Of a DNA stretch of 64,000 bases, positions 1-9,104 are shown piece by piece. A program made the position numbers and the translations under genes. The notes beneath the pieces are model-generated. The model did no database searches. It was not told the DNA's origin and worked only from the letters and a program-made list of their open reading frames with translations. Every line of letters begins with the position of its first letter. Position 1 is the stretch's first letter. The stretch is taken from NCBI GenBank assembly GCA_038060895.1, contig JBBTCT010000009.1, positions 144,082 to 208,081 of the forward strand, given 5' to 3'. Source of the stretch: Planctomycetota bacterium. GTDB taxonomy: Bacteria > Planctomycetota > MHYJ01 > WSZJ01.

Positions 1-27
1 ACGGCAGCCAGGAGAACCAACCCATGT

Positions 28-3000
28 TCAACGCTCCAGTGCGTAAACGTACTTGTCGGAAGAGCCGACGAGGATCAGCGCGCGTCCGGCGGCATCCTGT
101 GCGAAGGCAGGGGAGCCGAAAATGGGGCCGTCGGTGGCGTGCTTCCAGCGCAGATTGCCGGACTTCTGGTCCACGGCATACAGGACCCCGTCCTCTGCGC
201 CAAAATACACCGTTTCGTCCCCCACAAGCGGCGTTCCCCGGATGTCCTTCTTGCAGCCCAGGAACGGCGAATCCCAGGCTTCCTTCTGTTTGCCCAGGTC
301 GATGGCGTACAGGGAACTCGCGGCGCCGAAATACGCCACGTCGCCGCTGATGCACACCCCTCCATCTATCTTCTTGTAACCACCGTACTTCCGTTCAAGT
401 TGGCCGTCAAGACCGAGCACGTGAAGCGAGCCATCCTCCGACCCGGCAATGACCCGGTTATTCCAGGTCGCAATGACTCCTCCGACCGGTGATCCGGCGG
501 GGTAGCTCCACTTTTCCTTCCCGTCCCTCAAATCCACCGCCCGGACCTTCCCGTCGTCCCCTCCAAACACGGCGCGGTCCTTGATGCACAGGGCCCGGCT
601 CCTCACCGGCTTCCCGCCCGCCGCCGCAGTCCACGCCACGTCCCCCCCTGCCGTCTGAAACGCCCAGAGCTTCCCGTCATTGGAACCCACGAGAACCAGC
701 CCGCCGTCCGGCGAAAACGAGGGCGTTCCCTTCACCGGACCCCCGGTCGGCTGCTTCCAGAACGGCTTGCCCGACTTCTCGTCCAGGCAGTACACCAGGT
801 TGTCGTTCGCGCCGAAGAAAATCCGTCCGTCGCGCACTACGGGAGAGGATTGGATCTGGCCGGCGTTGCCTGCCGCAAACGGAGGCCACGGAGAAGCGCT
901 CGGGTTCGAGATGTCGATCGCGTACACGTGCCGGTCCATGGCGCCGACAACCGCCTGCCCACCCTCGACGCACGGCGTCGTCTCGACCGCGCCCCCAAGG
1001 AGGTTCCGCCAGAGCCTTTCTTTCGACAACTCCACCGTCACCAGCCACGCCCCCGGGGTCAACGTCACCGGAAGATCCACAAACGTGCGCAGCCGAAGAG
1101 TCACCGCAACCGGCCCGTCCGCCGACACCTGCACCACCACGGGCGATGTCCCGAGCAGCTGCGTGCCCGCGAAAATCTGCGCCCCCGCGGGCACCGTCCG
1201 GATCTCGTACGGCATTCTCGCGGCGACCGCCTGCGGCGACTTCGGCGCCTTCTGCACCAGCTCCCTCACCAGGGAATGCGCCAGCTCTACTTTCCCGTTC
1301 TTCAGCATCTCTTCCACCTGCTTCTGCAGCTCAGACCCCTTCTGCAGAATCTCCTCCAGGCGTTTCGCAGCCGCCGCGGCTTCGTCCTGAAGTGCCTGGT
1401 TCTTGTGCGCTTTCGCCCACACCAGCACCGACTGGTAAAGCCCCAGCGCTTTCGGCATGTCCGGCGCCGGCCCTTCCGCCAGTTTCCGCGCGTCATCCAT
1501 CTTCCCGCGCTGCTCCTTCTCCGCCTCCCGCTCCTTCGCGCGCTGTTCGTCCTCGTCCCTCCGGGCCTGGTCCTCCGTCGCCGCGCGAATCCGGTCGAGC
1601 TCGGAAATCTTCCCGTCGGCCTCGCCGGCGATCAGGCTCCACGAAAAGCGGTTCTTGATCTCCTTGTACTTCTCCCGAGCCTGGTCCCACTTCCGCTCCA
1701 CCAGGAACGCGTCCGCCTCCGACTGGATGTCGCTCCACGCACGCCGTGCCTGGATTTCGTACCAGGCGAAAATCAGGATGACGAGGAGGACCAGCGCGCC
1801 GCCGCCCGCGACGGCCATCCGTGTGAGCTGCTTTTTCCGCGTGGCTCGCCGCTGCGAATAGATGCGTTCGATTTTGAAGCGGATGTCGGTGCGCGTGGGG
1901 AGAACCGCGAGGACCTTTCGCGCAAGGGCGTCGATGTCGGAGCTGTCCGGGGGGAGGTGGTCGATCGCCGCCGTCAAGTGCCGGGCACAGGCTTCAGCAT
2001 CGCCGAGATCCTGGCAGAGGGCGGCGATTCGGAGCCGAAGATCGACGTCCGTGGGCTTCCAGAGCACGAGCGCCTCGCCAACCGCGCGCGCCGCCTGCCT
2101 GTCGCCGGAAGCGCTGAGGGCAGGGAAGACCTGCTCCCCGATTTTCACCGCTTCTCCCGAAGCTTTCAGCGTCGAGAGGATCTTGAAAATCGAGTAGGAC
2201 ACCTGCGCGTCCGTGGGCCGGCACTCGGAGGCCTGGCGGAAACACTGAAGCGCTTCCTGCAGTCTGCCGCGGGACTCCCAGATTCGCCCCATTTCGGCGT
2301 AGTAGACAAACGCTTCTTCGTTCAGCCCGGCCTGCCGGAGGACGAGGGCGAGTTCCTGCTGAGGGACCAGGTTTTCGTGATCGAGGTCGACGGCGCACGT
2401 GAGGATCTTGATGGCGCGGTCGCGCTGGTTCTGGGAGGAAAGTTTCTTCCCCATCGCGACAAGTTCGTCCTGCGAGACCTGGCGGACGCCCTTCTTGGTC
2501 AGCAGCTCGTACAGGGCCTTGCACGCGGCGAAGCGCGAGAGGCCCGAGTCGTCGACGACCTGGTCTACCGTTCGGCTGGCGTCGGTGAGGCGGGCGATGG
2601 ATTTGAGCGAACCGTCCGTGGTGGATTGGGCGAGTTGCTGGCCCGCGGGAGTGAGGGCGAAGATGGAGTTGGCGCTTGGGATTGCCTGGTGAATGAGCGT
2701 CCACTCGTCGATGCGCCGGCTGGCCTCGAACAGAAGGGAATTGACGTCGAATTTGAGGCTCGTGACGGGCTTGTCGGCGTCCATGACTTCGGCGGACGGT
2801 GGCCCGTCGATGAACTCGAAGGAGGCTTTCTTCCAGGAGAAGAGGTCGAAGATTTCGTCCTCGATCTGCGTGCGGATGACACCCGAGATTTCCTCTTCGG
2901 AGGCAATGCCTCGTTCAACGACGATCTCGCCGAGTTTCTTGCCGGAGCCTTTCTGGGCGCCGAGGAGGTCCTTGAGCTGGTCCGGCGAAATCTTTCCGGC

Positions 3001-3198
3001 CTTGAGGAGCAGGTCGCCGATGCGAAGGCCTTTGCGGGAACCGAGGGAGAGAAGTGAAAGCCCCTCTTTTCCGAAGTAGATGCACTTGCGGCTTTCTCCA
3101 TCGCCGACGACGAGGGTGCCCTCCTTCTGGGAATTTGAGAGGGTCTGGAAGATATCCGCGAGGCCGAGGGTGGAGAGGTCGCCTCTGAAACCGCCCAC
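28..3198 (-). CDS. DUF4388 (PatA-N-like) / MshEN-like motif / TPR / TM / PEGA / PQQ-like beta-propeller protein
   Basis: N-terminal GDLSTLGLADIFQTL...GTLVV and FDLFSWKKASFEF (DUF4388-like); TPR-like helices; one TM segment (AVAGGGALVLLVILIFAWY); IRTVPAGAQIF (PEGA-like); C-terminal BamB/PQQ-type repeats (GAEDGVLYAVDQKSGNLRW). GTG start. Confidence 0.8.
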   Translation of the reverse strand: MGGFRGDLSTLGLADIFQTLSNSQKEGTLVVGDGESRKCIYFGKEGLSLLSLGSRKGLRIGDLLLKAGKISPDQLKDLLGAQKGSGKKLGEIVVERGIASEEEISGVIRTQIEDEIFDLFSWKKASFEFIDGPPSAEVMDADKPVTSLKFDVNSLLFEASRRIDEWTLIHQAIPSANSIFALTPAGQQLAQSTTDGSLKSIARLTDASRTVDQVVDDSGLSRFAACKALYELLTKKGVRQVSQDELVAMGKKLSSQNQRDRAIKILTCAVDLDHENLVPQQELALVLRQAGLNEEAFVYYAEMGRIWESRGRLQEALQCFRQASECRPTDAQVSYSIFKILSTLKASGEAVKIGEQVFPALSASGDRQAARAVGEALVLWKPTDVDLRLRIAALCQDLGDAEACARHLTAAIDHLPPDSSDIDALARKVLAVLPTRTDIRFKIERIYSQRRATRKKQLTRMAVAGGGALVLLVILIFAWYEIQARRAWSDIQSEADAFLVERKWDQAREKYKEIKNRFSWSLIAGEADGKISELDRIRAATEDQARRDEDEQRAKEREAEKEQRGKMDDARKLAEGPAPDMPKALGLYQSVLVWAKAHKNQALQDEAAAAAKRLEEILQKGSELQKQVEEMLKNGKVELAHSLVRELVQKAPKSPQAVAARMPYEIRTVPAGAQIFAGTQLLGTSPVVVQVSADGPVAVTLRLRTFVDLPVTLTPGAWLVTVELSKERLWRNLLGGAVETTPCVEGGQAVVGAMDRHVYAIDISNPSASPWPPFAAGNAGQIQSSPVVRDGRIFFGANDNLVYCLDEKSGKPFWKQPTGGPVKGTPSFSPDGGLVLVGSNDGKLWAFQTAGGDVAWTAAAGGKPVRSRALCIKDRAVFGGDDGKVRAVDLRDGKEKWSYPAGSPVGGVIATWNNRVIAGSEDGSLHVLGLDGQLERKYGGYKKIDGGVCISGDVAYFGAASSLYAIDLGKQKEAWDSPFLGCKKDIRGTPLVGDETVYFGAEDGVLYAVDQKSGNLRWKHATDGPIFGSPAFAQDAAGRALILVGSSDKYVYALER

Positions 3199-3399
3199 GC
3201 GGATCCCCTGATGGAGGTGAGCTGACGCGTCACGCGCCGATTGCGCGACTTTCCCTAAGTCTTGATCCTATCGGAATCTATGACTGTCGTCAAGCCCGGC
3301 CGTTGCATCCGCGAGAGGACTCTGGTAGTTTCTTTCGGCCGGGTCGTCGCCGATGAAGGGGGAACGGCGCCCGACCGGCCAGTGCGGGGTTTCAAAATC

Positions 3400-3864
3400 A
3401 TGAGCATGTCCGACAGCCAGAGGATTCCGTACCTCGTCAGGGACGGCGTCCTGCGCATTACGGGTCAGATGAGATACCAGGACCGCGAACTGCGCCTGGC
3501 CACCATGATGCTCCTCAGTGGACCGCAGGCGTCCGTCTGCATCGATGTCAGCGGCGTTCCAAGCCTCTGCAGCCCGGAAATCCAGTTCCTCGCCAAAATG
3601 GCAGAGAGCGCGAAGGCGCGCGGGAAACAGTTGCGCGTGCGTCTGTCCAAGGCCACCCGCGACTTGTTCAGCCAGCTCGAACTCGAAGGTCTCGTGCAGC
3701 TGGAGACCGTCGAGACCCAGGTCGTCAAGCGGCCGACTCCAGGCGAAATCGCGCCTCAGCCCGCCGTCCAGGCGCCCCCCCAGGTGATCAGCCTCTTCAA
3801 GAAGAAGGAACGCTACCCGAGCCGGCCGCCGCTCCCGGGCGCAGAACCGCCTCCGCGCCGCTAA
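3400..3864 (+). CDS. STAS-domain (anti-sigma antagonist-like) protein with Pro-rich tail
   Basis: VLRITGQM...VCIDVSGVPSLCSPEIQFL...LFSQLELEGLV fits the STAS pattern; start placed at ATG 3400 (ORF track begins at 3262). Confidence 0.6.
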   Translation: MSMSDSQRIPYLVRDGVLRITGQMRYQDRELRLATMMLLSGPQASVCIDVSGVPSLCSPEIQFLAKMAESAKARGKQLRVRLSKATRDLFSQLELEGLVQLETVETQVVKRPTPGEIAPQPAVQAPPQVISLFKKKERYPSRPPLPGAEPPPRR

Positions 3865-3985
3865 GAGCGCGCGAAAAAAACGAGCGTCATCGCGCGATCG
3901 GGCCTCGCATCCCGCCGTCGGAAAAGCTCGACGGCGGGGCGCGAGGCCCGATCACGCGCCGTCGCTCGCTTTTTTCACGCGCTCT
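3864..3985. repeat. 122-bp palindromic intergenic element (57-bp arms, 8-nt loop), REP/MITE-like
   Basis: 3864-3920 matches the reverse complement of 3929-3985 at 49/57 positions by manual alignment; a half copy lies at 55004-55037. Confidence 0.85.
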
Positions 3986-4212
3986 GGGAAAACGGCCTGC
4001 TGAAACGGGGCCAGTGACCAGGTTGACAGGCCGAGGAAGCGCAGGTGGTTGTAAGCGATGACGGGCCAGGGAGCCGCACCGGTGACCTTCGGAATCGCTC
4101 GTACGTGGAATCCGTCACTTCGCCTTCGTTGCGGATTCGGCCGGTACGGATAGCATCCGCGCTTCGTGGCGATTGCGCCGCGGAGTCTGAAAATAAAAAC
4201 ATCGAGGCTTCC

Positions 4213-5367
4213 ATGGACAACGGCCGTTTCGCCACCCGCTGCATCCACGCCGGACAGCGCCCCGACCCGACAACCGGCGCGATCATGACCCCCATCTACG
4301 CGACCTCGACTTACGTCCAGGAGAAGCCCGGCGTCCACAAGGGCTTCGATTACTCCCGCACCAATAACCCGACGCGCGCCGCGCTCGAGGGAAACCTCGC
4401 GGCGCTCGAGGGCGCGGCCCACGGCCTCGCGTTTGCCAGCGGTTGCGGCGCCGCCGACACCCTGCTGGGCGGCCTGCTCGCGAAGGGCGACCACGTCGTC
4501 AGCGGGAACGACGTCTACGGCGGGACCTACCGGCTCTTCAAGCGAGTCTTCGAGAAGTTCGGGATCGATTTCACGCTCGTCGATACCAGCGTCCCGGGCG
4601 CGATCGAAAAGGCCTGGCGGAAGAACACCAAGGTCCTCTGGGTCGAGACGCCCTCGAACCCTCTGCTCCGGATCACGGATCTTTCCGCGGCCTGCGGCTT
4701 CGCGAAGCGCAACGGCGCGATTTCCGTCGTCGACAACACGTTCGCGACGCCGGTCCTCCAGAACCCGCTCGAGCACGGCGCTTCGGTCGTCCTTCACTCC
4801 ACGACGAAGTACCTCGGCGGCCACAGCGACACCGTCGGCGGGGCCCTTCTCATGAACGACGACAAACTCTGGGAACAGCTCAAGTACTTCCAGAACGCCA
4901 TCGGCGCCACCCCCGGCCCCTTCGACTGCTGGCTCGTCCTCCGGGGCACGAAGACCCTACAGGTCCGCGTGCAGCGCCATTGCGAGAACGCGAAGCGGAT
5001 CGCGGAATGGTTGTCGAAGCGAAAGGACGTCGTCGAGATTCATTACCCGGGCTTGAAGTCCGACGCCGGCCACGCCGTGGCGAAGAAGCAGATGAGCGAT
5101 TTTGGCGGGATGATCTCGTTCGTGCTGAAGGGGACGCTCGAGAGGAGCGTCAAGTTCATCAGCGCAACGAAGCTGTTTGCGCTGGCGGAGTCGCTCGGGG
5201 GCGTCGAAAGCCTGATCGAGCACCCTGCATCCATGACGCACGGCTCAATTCCGCGAGAAGAGCGCCTCAAGGCCGGACTGAGTGACGGGCTCGTGCGGCT
5301 CTCGGTAGGGATCGAAGACGTCGAGGATCTGATCGGGGATCTCGAGCAGGCGCTCGCCGTAAAGTAA
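4213..5367 (+). CDS. cystathionine gamma-lyase/synthase (PLP-dependent)
   Basis: FATRCIHAGQ, YSRTNNPTR, DNTFATP, HSTTKYLGGHSD (PLP Lys), AESLGGVESL; ATG at 4213. Confidence 0.93.
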   Translation: MDNGRFATRCIHAGQRPDPTTGAIMTPIYATSTYVQEKPGVHKGFDYSRTNNPTRAALEGNLAALEGAAHGLAFASGCGAADTLLGGLLAKGDHVVSGNDVYGGTYRLFKRVFEKFGIDFTLVDTSVPGAIEKAWRKNTKVLWVETPSNPLLRITDLSAACGFAKRNGAISVVDNTFATPVLQNPLEHGASVVLHSTTKYLGGHSDTVGGALLMNDDKLWEQLKYFQNAIGATPGPFDCWLVLRGTKTLQVRVQRHCENAKRIAEWLSKRKDVVEIHYPGLKSDAGHAVAKKQMSDFGGMISFVLKGTLERSVKFISATKLFALAESLGGVESLIEHPASMTHGSIPREERLKAGLSDGLVRLSVGIEDVEDLIGDLEQALAVK

Positions 5368-5400
5368 CCGGCCAGGGGAAGCTGACGTCCATCGCGATCC

Positions 5401-6774
5401 TCAGATCTTTGCCTCCGTTGCAACCGTGTAGAGCAGGTCGTACCGCGTGATGATCCCGTAGCCGCCGCCGGCTTGTTTCACGAGCACCGCGGGCACTTCC
5501 TTCGTGATCGTCCCGGCGACCTGGTCGAGCGGCGTGTCGGGCATGATGACGGGGAAGGGCGGGCCCATGACCTCGCGGACGAGGAGTTTTTTCAGGTCCT
5601 TGCCCATCATCAGGAGGTCGAGCACCTTTTCCTCGGCGATCGACCCCACGACCTTCTGGTCCTCGAGGACCGGAAGCTGGCCGATTTCGGTTTCCTTCAT
5701 GCGGTGAACGGCGGCGAGCATGGTTTCGTTCGGTGAAGCGCTGACCATGGCGCGGGCGCCGATCTTCTTGGTGACGATTTCGCGCGCGGTCAGCCGGACC
5801 GGCGGATCGAGGTAGCGGTTTTCGCGCATCCATTCGTCGTTGTAGACCTTGCCGAGGTTGCGCGTGCCGGTGTCGGGCAGGAGCACGACGACGACCGCTT
5901 CCTTGGGCAGCTTTTTCGCGTATTCAAGCGCAGCGTAGACGGCGCTTCCGGAAGAACCCCCGGCGAAAATTCCCTCTTCGCGCGTCAGCCGGCGGGCCGT
6001 GAGGAACGCCTCCTTGTCGGGGCACTGGATGACGTCGTCCAGCACGGAGAAGTCCATGTTGGCGGGGAAGATGTCCTCGCCGATCCCCTCGGTCTTGTAG
6101 GTGTGCGCGGTGCCGACGGTGCCGGTCTTGAAGTACTGGTAGTAGAGCGAGCCGATCGGGTCGGCGCCGACGACTTTCACGGAGGCTTTCTTTTCCTTCA
6201 GGTACTTGCCGACGCCGCTGATGGTGCCGCCCGTCCCCATCCCGGCGACGAAGACGTCGACTTTTCCGTCCGTGTCGCGCCAGATCTCGGGCCCCGTCGA
6301 CTGGTAATGCGTCTTCTGGTTCTCCAGGTTTTCGTACTGGTTCGGGTAGTAACTGTTCGGGATCTCCTCCGAAAGCCGCTTCGCAACGGAGTAGTAGCTG
6401 CGCGGGTCGTCAGGTGCGACCGCAGTCGGGCACACGATCACCTCGGCGCCGAACGCCTTGAGCAGGTCGATTTTCTCGCGCGACTGCTTGTCCGTGATGG
6501 TGAAGATTGCCTTGTAGCCGCGAAGCGCGGCCGAGATCGCGAGTCCGACGCCGGTGTTCCCGCTCGTCCCCTCGATGATCGTCCCGCCGGGCTTGATCTT
6601 TCCGGTGCGTTCCGCCTCGTAGAGCATCCGGATGCCGATCCGGTCCTTGACGCTCCCTCCGGGATTCATGAACTCGCACTTGGCCAGGATCGTGCAGGGC
6701 ACCCCCGCGGCCATCTTGTTCAGTTTCACCATCGGCGTGTTGCCGATCGCAGCGAGGATATTCTCGTGCCACAT
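5401..6774 (-). CDS. cbs: cystathionine beta-synthase with C-terminal CBS domain pair
   Basis: IGNTPMVKL, KCEFMNPGGSVKDRI, GTSGNTG, GMGTGGT, EGIG, plus tandem CBS domains; ATG at 6774. Confidence 0.92.
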   Translation of the reverse strand: MWHENILAAIGNTPMVKLNKMAAGVPCTILAKCEFMNPGGSVKDRIGIRMLYEAERTGKIKPGGTIIEGTSGNTGVGLAISAALRGYKAIFTITDKQSREKIDLLKAFGAEVIVCPTAVAPDDPRSYYSVAKRLSEEIPNSYYPNQYENLENQKTHYQSTGPEIWRDTDGKVDVFVAGMGTGGTISGVGKYLKEKKASVKVVGADPIGSLYYQYFKTGTVGTAHTYKTEGIGEDIFPANMDFSVLDDVIQCPDKEAFLTARRLTREEGIFAGGSSGSAVYAALEYAKKLPKEAVVVVLLPDTGTRNLGKVYNDEWMRENRYLDPPVRLTAREIVTKKIGARAMVSASPNETMLAAVHRMKETEIGQLPVLEDQKVVGSIAEEKVLDLLMMGKDLKKLLVREVMGPPFPVIMPDTPLDQVAGTITKEVPAVLVKQAGGGYGIITRYDLLYTVATEAKI

Positions 6775-6887
6775 GGGCGGGCCTTTCGAAGGAGAGGAGG
6801 GGGATTCTAGGAAGCGCGGCCTGCCGCGTACAACTTCATCCAAGCGTTCTTGCCCAGCCCCCCATGTTCCTTTACGATTCCACCCGC

Positions 6888-8105
6888 ATGGACCTCCGCG
6901 AACAACTCCTCAAGCTCACCGAAATCGGCATCGCCCTGTCGAGCGAGCGGAACGTCAACAGCCTGCTCGACCTGATCCTGGCGCACGCGCGCAATTTCAC
7001 GTCCGCCGAGGCCGGGACTCTTTTCACGCGCGAAGGCGACAAACTCCGCTTCCAGGTGACGCAGAACGACGTGCTGTCGGAGCGGCTTGGAAGCGGCAAC
7101 ACGGGGCGGTTCCTGCGGGACCAGACGGTGCCGATCACGAAGACGTCGCTGTCGGGGTACACGGCGACGACCGGTGAAGTGCTGAACATCCCCGACGCCT
7201 ACGCGATCCCGTCGACGGCCGAGTATCACTTCAAGGATGAATACGACCGCAAGAACAACTACCGCACCCGGTCGCTCCTTGTCGTGCCGATGAAGAAACA
7301 GAACGGCGAGGTCATCGGCGTGCTGCAGCTGATCAACGCCCGGGACGCGAAAGGGCAAATCGTGGAATTTCACGGCGACCTGGAGCGGCTCGTGCTTTCG
7401 CTCGCCTCGCAGGCTGCCGTCGCGCTGTCGAACGCGCTTCTAACGCACGATCTCAAGCAGGCGTACCTCGACACGATCATGCGGCTCGCGATCGCGGCGG
7501 AATTCCGGGACACCGACACGGCAATCCACATCCGCCGTATGAGCATGTACTCGGAGGCGATCGCCGCCGAAATGCCGGGTTTCACTCCCGAAATGGTCGA
7601 GCAGATCCTGTACGCGGCGCCGATGCACGACATCGGCAAGATCGGCGTGAGCGACCGGATCCTCCTCAAGCCCGGCAAGCTGACGGACGAGGAATTCGCC
7701 GAGATGAAAAAGCACACGACGATCGGCGCTGCCATCCTCGAAGGTGCAGAGGCGCCGGTCCTGAAGCTGTCGCACGAGATCGCTCTGGCGCACCACGAAA
7801 AGTGGGACGGAAGCGGGTATCCGTACGGGAAGAAGGCGGAGGAGATCCCGTTGACGGCCCGGATTGTGGCCGTCGCCGACGTGTTTGACGCGCTCTCCAG
7901 CATCCGTTGCTACAAGCCGCCGATGCCGTTCGAAAAATCGGTGGCAGCCATCAAGGAGGGCGCCGGCAAGCACTTCGACCCCGCCTGCGTCGCGGCGTTC
8001 GAGAAGGCTCTTCCCAGGATCACCCAGATCTATCGCGAATATTCCGACGAGACCGGCGCCAAGCACAAGTTGACGGGCGCGATGCCGATGTTGTCGCGAC
8101 CGTAA
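6888..8105 (+). CDS. GAF + HD-GYP phosphodiesterase
   Basis: GAF (YRTRSLLVVPMK...IGVLQLIN); MHDIGKIG, HHEKWDGSGYP, AVADVFDAL. Confidence 0.9.
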   Translation: MDLREQLLKLTEIGIALSSERNVNSLLDLILAHARNFTSAEAGTLFTREGDKLRFQVTQNDVLSERLGSGNTGRFLRDQTVPITKTSLSGYTATTGEVLNIPDAYAIPSTAEYHFKDEYDRKNNYRTRSLLVVPMKKQNGEVIGVLQLINARDAKGQIVEFHGDLERLVLSLASQAAVALSNALLTHDLKQAYLDTIMRLAIAAEFRDTDTAIHIRRMSMYSEAIAAEMPGFTPEMVEQILYAAPMHDIGKIGVSDRILLKPGKLTDEEFAEMKKHTTIGAAILEGAEAPVLKLSHEIALAHHEKWDGSGYPYGKKAEEIPLTARIVAVADVFDALSSIRCYKPPMPFEKSVAAIKEGAGKHFDPACVAAFEKALPRITQIYREYSDETGAKHKLTGAMPMLSRP

Positions 8106-8121
8106 TGGAGGCCTGACCGCA

Positions 8122-9018
8122 GTGGGCGCCGCACCGAGAGTTCCCGAATGGGCCCCGTCGTACGACGAGCCGCTCTATCAGCGGTTCATCGCGGAGGCGT
8201 TGCGTGCGTGTGAGAGGCGCTGGGGGAAGGCGACGGAGACGCTGGACGGCGTGAAGGCGGGGGGGCGCGTCAGGGAACTCCGGGAGATGGCGGAGTTCTG
8301 CCGGCACATGCCGGAGAAGCTCTGGGCGCGTGCGATGGACGGGAGTTTCGCCCGGCAGGCGGAGGTGGAAGTCGCGGTGGAGGCATTCCGGAAGCGAACC
8401 GACGTAAAGGAGGTTCGGGACCGGCTTCGGGTCCGGATCGTGCCGGAGCGGTCGATCCAGGGCGAAGCGCTTGCGGCGGCGGTAGCGCGGCCGGTGGCGC
8501 CGGGCCTCGTTGCGGCGCTGCTTCTCGAAGGGAAACAGAGCGGCGAACCCGTGACCACGGAGATGGCGGACCAATGGGGGATATCCACCTCGGCGCTGTT
8601 CGAGGTGGCGAAAGACAATCACAAGCGGCGGAAGGCGAAGAAGGAGCCGGGACAGGGATTCGACGTCAGCGTGCTGATGGGGGACGACCCGGACACCGCC
8701 TCCGAGATCCTGTTTCTCGAGCACTACGTGAAAGTTGAGCCGCCTGCCGGGACCATCGTCGTCGTCCCGACGCAGCGCGCGGTGCTCTTCCATGAAGTCC
8801 ACGACCGAAAGGCCGTCGATGCCCTTCAAACGGTCCTTGTCATCGGGCACCAGCTCTTCCAGAAGGGCCCGTTTCCCGTGCTTCCCCTCCTCTACTGGTG
8901 GAGGCGCCGGCGATTCGCACTGCTTCCCATTGAAGTCCAGGGGGAAACCGTTCGGTTCATGCCGCCGATCGAGTTCGTCCAGGCGCTTCAGAAAATCGGC
9001 GTCAACCTGGGCGATTAG
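8122..9018 (+). CDS. hypothetical protein
   Basis: 298-aa ORF with host-like codon use filling the gap; no motif recognised. Confidence 0.65.
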   Translation: MGAAPRVPEWAPSYDEPLYQRFIAEALRACERRWGKATETLDGVKAGGRVRELREMAEFCRHMPEKLWARAMDGSFARQAEVEVAVEAFRKRTDVKEVRDRLRVRIVPERSIQGEALAAAVARPVAPGLVAALLLEGKQSGEPVTTEMADQWGISTSALFEVAKDNHKRRKAKKEPGQGFDVSVLMGDDPDTASEILFLEHYVKVEPPAGTIVVVPTQRAVLFHEVHDRKAVDALQTVLVIGHQLFQKGPFPVLPLLYWWRRRRFALLPIEVQGETVRFMPPIEFVQALQKIGVNLGD

Positions 9019-9044
9019 GCCGAGTTTTCGGGCGCCTCGCCCCC

Positions 9045-9069
9045 AAACACCGCCCGGGCCCCCCCCGTA
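9045..9069 (+). promoter_or_regulatory. possible ECF-sigma promoter (AAAC-N17-CGTA)
   Basis: AAAC 9045-9048 and CGTA 9066-9069 upstream of the operon encoding the ECF sigma; fits the generic ECF AAC/CGT pattern but is short. Confidence 0.3.
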
Positions 9070-9104
9070 CATCTCCCGTACCTTACCCCTACAAGGAGAG
9101 CCCG

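Noticed and set aside
1-25. Possible start (ATG at 25, MGWFSWLP) of a minus-strand gene leaving the window
   Set aside because: Only 8 codons are visible; it cannot be supported as a feature.
850-3057. Long antisense or alternative-frame ORFs (e.g. 850..3057, 12144..14093, 21337..23265, 33721..35562, most of 39265..41286)
   Set aside because: Shadows of real genes in high-GC DNA with no motifs; only the last 124 codons of 39265..41286 (rnpA) are supported.
3990-4212. SAM-I or SAH riboswitch, or 6S RNA
   Set aside because: Consensus motifs not found by eye; TTGACA at 4023 lacks a matching -10. Kept only as a weak structured-leader candidate.
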